Positions 33,450-38,922 of a stretch of DNA of 38,922 nt are shown piece after piece. How positions within the stretch are numbered: position 1 is the stretch's first letter; each line of letters begins with the position of its first letter. A program made the position numbers and the translations under genes. The stretch is taken from the IMG/VR virus record IMGVR_UViG_3300011971_000003, positions 1 to 38,922 of that record. The stretch is one strand, 5' to 3'. Source of the stretch: a virus (lineage: Duplodnaviria > Caudoviricetes). The notes below the pieces were generated by a model. That model ran no database searches and was not told the origin of the DNA. It worked only from the letters and a program-made list of their open reading frames with translations.

Positions 33450-35297
33450 TCACCTCACCTTTTTAGTAATATTGAAGTATGTTTCCATGTCCATAATGGG
33501 TAAGTCTTGGTTTATCTCATTGTTGACAATCTCCATCTGCCAATAGATAGTCTTTTTAAGCTTTGGTCTTAGCCTAAATGTTTTAGGGACATGCAGAACA
33601 TCCCATGTGAAGAGATCCCAATTGAACGTGTCCCAGCTAAATGATGCACTAATGAGAGGGATTGCGCTGACCAAGTTGCCATCAGAATCAAGTAAATTGA
33701 TGGTTAGGGAGGTATTTGCTACTTCTCTCATCCGAAAATAGACTTCCTTGATTGTTTTCAGCCATTCAGGATATCCAAAATGAAAGAGTTTGCTTCTCCA
33801 TACCCCATTGATTGCTATGCCGAAATCGTTCAATCTGTGGTATTCATCTCCATAAATAGAGGTAGATTGTTGAATATGAACGATATGCCCCATGTCACGC
33901 TTGCCGTAATAAAGTTCTCTATCTCTAATAAGCCACAAATTGGCATTGAAATTAACCCACTTAAACCACGCTAACGTCGAATCATCTCCTTGATATGGAG
34001 AAAGGTTATAGTCCCATACATAAATATTATCACCGACATTAAGCCAGTATTTGTTGTCGAAATCCACGCTTGATGCTGCAACAAGATTAGACTTTGTTTC
34101 GTCCAGCAAACCCGGTCGATATGGTGCTCCGTTAATATTTCCACTAACAGGCATGACGTTCTTTTCTTCCCTGACGGTTGTTGCTGTGACGATATGAACT
34201 CCTTTGTAGGTATTGCAAAATACAGGGTAATTGCTAATCATCTGAATCGTGTTGGGCATATCGCACCCGATTGTTGAGTGAATTGGTCGCCAATCAAACA
34301 CAGCAATACCACTGACAATGGAGAAATCATCACGCCAAATTGAGCGTTCCTTGAATAACAAAAGGTTTGTATAGTGAACGAGGAACCCTGTGTTCCTGTC
34401 GCTATCTTCTCCGACTGCACCCGATGATTGCTCAGGCCAATAAGTAGGGTCCATAACTCCACTACGGTACACTGTAGCTGGGTAATCTACATTACCTGTT
34501 AAATGTACCCTACTGTCGTTTTCCCCTCCGTAAAGGGCATTGTATTTGCAATTGAGTATATTGGCAGGGTCCATGAGTCCTGCCTTAGTGCCTTGAATCA
34601 TGACGTGATTTGTTCCTGCTCCCGGCGCTACTGCCATCGTTACCTTATTAATTCCGTCGAATGTAAATAATGTCGTTTCTGTCCCATACACAAAAACTCT
34701 GACAGAATCAGCATTTCGTGCTAGATAAAATACGGTTGTTGCATCAATGGTGTAGGAATACTTTTGGTACCAACTATTGCACATGAAGTTGTAATCATCG
34801 AGAGGTGTTCCGCTTCCTGCGGTTGCCGGATCACAATTAACTAATGCCGTTGGGATATGTGGAATTACCACGCTTACTGTTGTACCATCGTATTGAAGAA
34901 ATCCACTTGGCAAAATGTAATAAAACAAGTCGTTAAAAACAAAAGCCGCGCCCTCTGCGTCAGAAAGCCCGGTTAATATCTGTACTGGTTGTGCTGTTCC
35001 TGTTTGAGTGTAGAGCTTAACACCATGATGAAGCAACGTCTTTACTGTGCCGTCTCGCTTGCGATAGTCTGAGTATAGGTGGACGGCCCCTGCTCCCAGC
35101 GAGGTGAGATATACCAGTTCTTGCCCGGGTCGCTTGGATAAAGCTCCTCTATCGTCACAGGTTGTATTGAGTGAGTAAGGGGATTGATTATCTAAGATGT
35201 TGGATCGCTCATCCCTTAGATTAAGGCCACCATCCAGCCGGGGAACCCTGTAGGGGGGTGGCTCTGGGGAAAGTCGAATATTGGGCGCAGTAATCAT
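33450..35297 (-). CDS. Tail nozzle/DNA-stabilization protein
   Basis: GGLN N-terminus, beta-rich 615 aa, follows adaptor. Confidence 0.75.
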   Translation of the reverse strand: MITAPNIRLSPEPPPYRVPRLDGGLNLRDERSNILDNQSPYSLNTTCDDRGALSKRPGQELVYLTSLGAGAVHLYSDYRKRDGTVKTLLHHGVKLYTQTGTAQPVQILTGLSDAEGAAFVFNDLFYYILPSGFLQYDGTTVSVVIPHIPTALVNCDPATAGSGTPLDDYNFMCNSWYQKYSYTIDATTVFYLARNADSVRVFVYGTETTLFTFDGINKVTMAVAPGAGTNHVMIQGTKAGLMDPANILNCKYNALYGGENDSRVHLTGNVDYPATVYRSGVMDPTYWPEQSSGAVGEDSDRNTGFLVHYTNLLLFKERSIWRDDFSIVSGIAVFDWRPIHSTIGCDMPNTIQMISNYPVFCNTYKGVHIVTATTVREEKNVMPVSGNINGAPYRPGLLDETKSNLVAASSVDFDNKYWLNVGDNIYVWDYNLSPYQGDDSTLAWFKWVNFNANLWLIRDRELYYGKRDMGHIVHIQQSTSIYGDEYHRLNDFGIAINGVWRSKLFHFGYPEWLKTIKEVYFRMREVANTSLTINLLDSDGNLVSAIPLISASFSWDTFNWDLFTWDVLHVPKTFRLRPKLKKTIYWQMEIVNNEINQDLPIMDMETYFNITKKVR

Positions 35298-35845
35298 TAC
35301 ATCACCCCGTAGACACTTTTAATTTTTCTCACTTCACCAATGTTGGGGTTAATAGAGTTGAGCCCATCATTCCACAGATTGAGCCAATAACCCGAGGTGG
35401 CTAAGTCGTTGTTGCCACCCTCAATTAAGAAATATTGATAGATTGCATAAAAGCAAAGTATTTGGTGATCAACGACGGACTCAGGGATATCAAGTATGTC
35501 TGCTCCGTTCACTAAGTTGGCAGGAAGATAGTTATATAGAATTGTTACGCTCGTGTAGCAAGGTACCTTGATTTGGGTAGTCGACAGCCGTTCCCACTCT
35601 AATTCACTGCCGTTTTCATCGGATATTTTCTTTATTTTAAGGAGTTGCTTTGTTAAATCTGTTATGATAAATACCTCATCGACAAGTCCTATTGTCTCGC
35701 TAAAGTCCGGGGAATATCTCTCTCTTGCAATCTTTCCCTTGGCGTAGTTGATTGCGGCAATAAAGCGAGGCGAATACTCTATCTTATCCGATGAGTCATT
35801 ATCTGTGTTGACCAATATTAGGGTTATCATTTCATCTAGTGTCAT
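35297..35845 (-). CDS. Head-tail adaptor
   Basis: MTLDEM...INYA...DIPE..H; position in module. Confidence 0.7.
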   Translation of the reverse strand: MTLDEMITLILVNTDNDSSDKIEYSPRFIAAINYAKGKIARERYSPDFSETIGLVDEVFIITDLTKQLLKIKKISDENGSELEWERLSTTQIKVPCYTSVTILYNYLPANLVNGADILDIPESVVDHQILCFYAIYQYFLIEGGNNDLATSGYWLNLWNDGLNSINPNIGEVRKIKSVYGVM

Positions 35846-35866
35846 GGGGATTCCCCCTCGTTCCTT

Positions 35867-36160
35867 TTATAGGCACTTCCTCTGATCCCTTACGGCATCT
35901 TCGGCATTCCTTAAGCGTTCCTTCTCTAGGGCTATCTCTAGTGCATCGTTGTGGTTATCTATTACTTTAAACGGATCATAACCACGCCGAATATCGATCT
36001 TTTGCATATGCGTCAAGAGTCGTGCATCAAGTGGTCGAGGCCACTCTAAAACATATTGGCCTTTGTGGTAGATCGTATAATTTCCATTGTTAAACTTCAT
36101 CGATAAATCGGGATCTAATTCTTGGAGTCTCTGCTCGATGTTATAAATATCACCTGTCAT
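35867..36160 (-). CDS. Hypothetical protein
   Basis: 97 aa; GAGGTG RBS. Confidence 0.7.
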   Translation of the reverse strand: MTGDIYNIEQRLQELDPDLSMKFNNGNYTIYHKGQYVLEWPRPLDARLLTHMQKIDIRRGYDPFKVIDNHNDALEIALEKERLRNAEDAVRDQRKCL

Positions 36161-36211
36161 AAAAGCACCTCTAGAAAGAAGAAGTAGGAGGGGTTTCCCC
36201 CTCCCCTAATA

Positions 36212-37384
36212 TTAGGATTCAGTAATGTCATCTAAGGTGGTTTGAGAATTACGTGAAGAACAACCAAGCTCTAGGTAACGATACAGGGTTGCTCCATAGG
36301 AATCTTTACCAGCCACACGCGAGAGGATTGCTCCATCCTCGGACATCCAATCAATGTCAGACAATTGATAGATTTTAAGAGCATCAGTGTCTAAGAAAGC
36401 AATCTTCCCGATAGGAGCATCTTTATCTGCAATCAAGGGAATACCGTTATAATCGAGGGCTTTCTTACCACCCTTAAGGTCCATTGTATTCATATATTGA
36501 CGGTTTGTGGTTAACAGGTTTTGATATGCTCGGCGTACCCCGAAACTAGTTACGATAGCCTTAACTGTTCCGTCTGAGTTTGTTTCCGTGGCATCCATAG
36601 CTTGTTGCATGAGAACTTCGGTAATTGCCCGGCCTGTTCCACCATTAGCAAGAACGTTAGGTGTCCACCACGGGTAGGTTGCAGGGTCTAAACCTTGCAC
36701 AATTTTAGTTGACGAGAGGATGCCGCCTAGTCCCATGACTTCAATGTTTCGGGAGCCAGAGATATAAACTGAGAAGGTGTTATCTGTAGTGATTGCTGCT
36801 CCTGAGATAACGAAGGCTGTTGCAGATGTAACAGAGACAACAGTCCTTGCAGTTGCTCCTGTTCCCGTTGCTCCTGTAGCAGATACTAGAACATCAATAG
36901 CCATTCCGGCGCGGATGAACTTTGTGGAAGCAACAACTACCGTTGTGGATGCCGTAGTAGTACCACAAGCACTTAATGATCCTGAGCCATCATTCCAGAA
37001 CATACGGTTCAATTGACGCTTGAAGTCTTTGGCTGCTCCTTTCATTTCAGAATCAATGGCACGGACAAATGACCCAGCATCAGTTTTAGCCGCCTTAATT
37101 GTAGGACCGGTGATTTCGATTGTAGAGTATACATAGCGCATAGGAACAATAGATTCTTTGTATTGTTGCGCCCCTGCCCCTGGTAATGCTCCACCCTCTG
37201 CGACAGCTGCGAACCCTTCATTACCACCAACATGTAAAGGAATAGTGAAGTTTTTACCGACTACAGAGTCTTGGTCTTTGTCGAGTAGGTCAAGCAGGGT
37301 TACCTCGTAGTTAACTTGTTCTCTCAAGGGTCCGATGTACTGATTTTTGAGGATCGAATCTAAAGTTGTGAGAGTTGCTCCCAT
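36212..37384 (-). CDS. Major capsid protein
   Basis: 390 aa after the scaffold; AVAEGGALP, SEMKGAAKDFKRQLNRMFWNDGSG. Confidence 0.88.
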   Translation of the reverse strand: MGATLTTLDSILKNQYIGPLREQVNYEVTLLDLLDKDQDSVVGKNFTIPLHVGGNEGFAAVAEGGALPGAGAQQYKESIVPMRYVYSTIEITGPTIKAAKTDAGSFVRAIDSEMKGAAKDFKRQLNRMFWNDGSGSLSACGTTTASTTVVVASTKFIRAGMAIDVLVSATGATGTGATARTVVSVTSATAFVISGAAITTDNTFSVYISGSRNIEVMGLGGILSSTKIVQGLDPATYPWWTPNVLANGGTGRAITEVLMQQAMDATETNSDGTVKAIVTSFGVRRAYQNLLTTNRQYMNTMDLKGGKKALDYNGIPLIADKDAPIGKIAFLDTDALKIYQLSDIDWMSEDGAILSRVAGKDSYGATLYRYLELGCSSRNSQTTLDDITES

Positions 37385-37389
37385 TAAAA

Positions 37390-38118
37390 TCATTCCTTCC
37401 TAAATTGTAAATTTAATAGTTCCATACTTTGACGTTTTGCATCAGCGAAGGACTTTGGCGCAGTTGCCGTAGTAACAGGGGTTTGCCCTGTGCCTTCTAC
37501 TGTTCCCTGTGGTCTGGTTTTAGCAGCAAGGTATTCCTTAACTGCGTTATCTTTGGCTTCCTTGATTTTTGCTTCATGATTTGCGATAATATCCGGCATT
37601 TTCTGTTCAGCTAACAGGGTGTAGGCTGTTGCATAATCGCAATTAGCTCTTTTTGCTAGGTCTTTAACTTCATCTTTCCAATCGTTAAAGAATGGTTTTG
37701 GTGCTAAGGACTGTTCTTGCTCACTTTGTGTTCTTTCACGTTCATAACTACTCAGTTTTTGTTCTGCGCTGCTTAATCGAGCATATAGTTCCGGGTCATA
37801 TCCCTTTTGTTCAGCTTCAACCCTGACTCGTTCAGCTTCGATTGCGCTTTGATAATCGGAATAGGTCTTAATTCCGTGCGACTCTCCATACATCTCGGCA
37901 ATGACGGAATCCCTAGCACGTTGTTCGGCCTTACTTGATTCTTCCTTTAGTCTGTGGGAAAAGGCTTGAGTTTGGGTTATATCTTGTTGTGGTTCTGTTA
38001 CAACTCCCTCTGTACTCGCTTGTACTTCGCTTGTAGATTCAGTTGTGGCATCAGTATTGGAGTTGGCGATCTCCCCGGTTGATTCAACCGCATTAGCAGC
38101 CATTGTATCATCTGGCAT
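37390..38118 (-). CDS. Scaffolding protein
   Basis: Acidic disordered N-terminus, helical body, upstream of capsid. Confidence 0.8.
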   Translation of the reverse strand: MPDDTMAANAVESTGEIANSNTDATTESTSEVQASTEGVVTEPQQDITQTQAFSHRLKEESSKAEQRARDSVIAEMYGESHGIKTYSDYQSAIEAERVRVEAEQKGYDPELYARLSSAEQKLSSYERERTQSEQEQSLAPKPFFNDWKDEVKDLAKRANCDYATAYTLLAEQKMPDIIANHEAKIKEAKDNAVKEYLAAKTRPQGTVEGTGQTPVTTATAPKSFADAKRQSMELLNLQFRKE

Positions 38119-38195
38119 TTAATTCATTCCCTTCGATTGTGACGGATGGCGAATCACCGTCAATTTGCAGCCAAATTTAAGCATAATAAAAGAGC

Positions 38196-38297
38196 CTAAA
38201 GGCTCGCTATTTGTCTTGATATTCTTCGATGTTTCTGCCTACACTCGTAATTTTTACGTTCTTTCCAATAGATCATGAAGCCCTTTATTATTTTCAA
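38196..38297 (-). CDS. 33-aa basic peptide
   Basis: GAGGTG RBS, TTG start; MKIIKGFMIYWKERK. Confidence 0.4.
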   Translation of the reverse strand: MKIIKGFMIYWKERKNYECRQKHRRISRQIASL

Positions 38298-38321
38298 TCC
38301 GTTCCACCTCTTATAATTAAC

Positions 38322-38510
38322 TTACATTCCTTTTCCTTGCATCATGGACATCATTTTGTCCATCTTGGCATTCATGGAGGACATCATTTTCATCATTGAA
38401 CCGTCTTTTTCTTGTCCCATTGGATTATCTGGAGTCATTGGCTTTGCTGGAGTCATTGCTTCCGTAGCATCCTTTTTAGCAGAGATCCATTTATCCTGTG
38501 GCATTTTCAT
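38322..38510 (-). CDS. Met/Lys-rich 62-aa protein
   Basis: AAGGAGGT RBS before MKMPQDK. Confidence 0.65.
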   Translation of the reverse strand: MKMPQDKWISAKKDATEAMTPAKPMTPDNPMGQEKDGSMMKMMSSMNAKMDKMMSMMQGKGM

Positions 38511-38922
38511 TGTTACCACCTCCTTGTTGTCCACCTATTACTTGGTCTATCAACTCAGGATGTTTTGCTAGTACAGCCTGTTCCTGTGGGCTTAATGATG
38601 CCATTATAGCGTTTATATCAAGTTGTTGGGGTTGTTGTTGTGGCGTCATACCTTGTGGTGCTTGTGGCATACCTGGGGACGTGCCAGGCGGCATCGTTTG
38701 AGGTGCTTGTGGTGGTGGTTGCATAAATACCTTGTGTTCTTCAACGTGAGCGTCTACTTGTTGTTGTACTTGAGGGTCTAACTCCTCGTAATCAGTAGAC
38801 TTCCTGAACTTGTTATGTTCAGTTATATGAACCTCGTGGTTATAGAAGTCCCTTGTTTTGTGGCTAAAGTCTGAATTAATCCACTGTTTTTGCTCTGCCT
38901 TAGCTTGATTGACATCAATAGC
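38491..38922 (-). CDS. Portal protein, 3' part
   Basis: In frame with 1732..1 across the circular join; HEVHITEHNKFRKS, Q/P-rich tail. Confidence 0.85.
   Translation of the reverse strand, partial: AIDVNQAKAEQKQWINSDFSHKTRDFYNHEVHITEHNKFRKSTDYEELDPQVQQQVDAHVEEHKVFMQPPPQAPQTMPPGTSPGMPQAPQGMTPQQQPQQLDINAIMASLSPQEQAVLAKHPELIDQVIGGQQGGGNNENATG
38824..38921. repeat. Terminal direct repeat, right copy
   Basis: Identical to 2-99. Confidence 0.95.

Overview
The window is an apparently complete, circularly assembled ~38.8-kb temperate phage genome. Positions 2-99 repeat at 38824-38921, and the portal ORF reads in frame across the join. The host is a Firmicute/Clostridia; the SSB tail and CWB2-like repeats tentatively suggest Peptococcaceae/Desulfosporosinus. 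Almost all genes are on the minus strand. The morphogenesis module is podovirus-like: TerS, TerL, portal, scaffold, capsid, adaptor, nozzle, tail fibre and three ejection-type proteins, with no tape measure or tail tube. Also present are a lysis cassette, an accessory mini-gene operon, a cI/cro switch and a lytic replication/recombination module. No integrase is visible. Its usual position holds a second HTH replication initiator with intragenic iterons, a predicted antisense-RNA/RBS-sequestering leader, and a MerR-HTH/coiled-coil protein resembling pSK1 Par/TubY/RacA, so this is probably a minimal phage-plasmid. Other notable items: two tRNA-like structured RNAs with their own promoters and terminators, a switch-like RNA before the lysis genes, a LexA box before a candidate antirepressor, gene-junction repeats in the accessory operon, an ART domain in a frameshifted polyvalent ejection protein, and a TerL lacking a conserved acidic residue. 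All protein family calls are from motif recognition by eye; no database searches were run.
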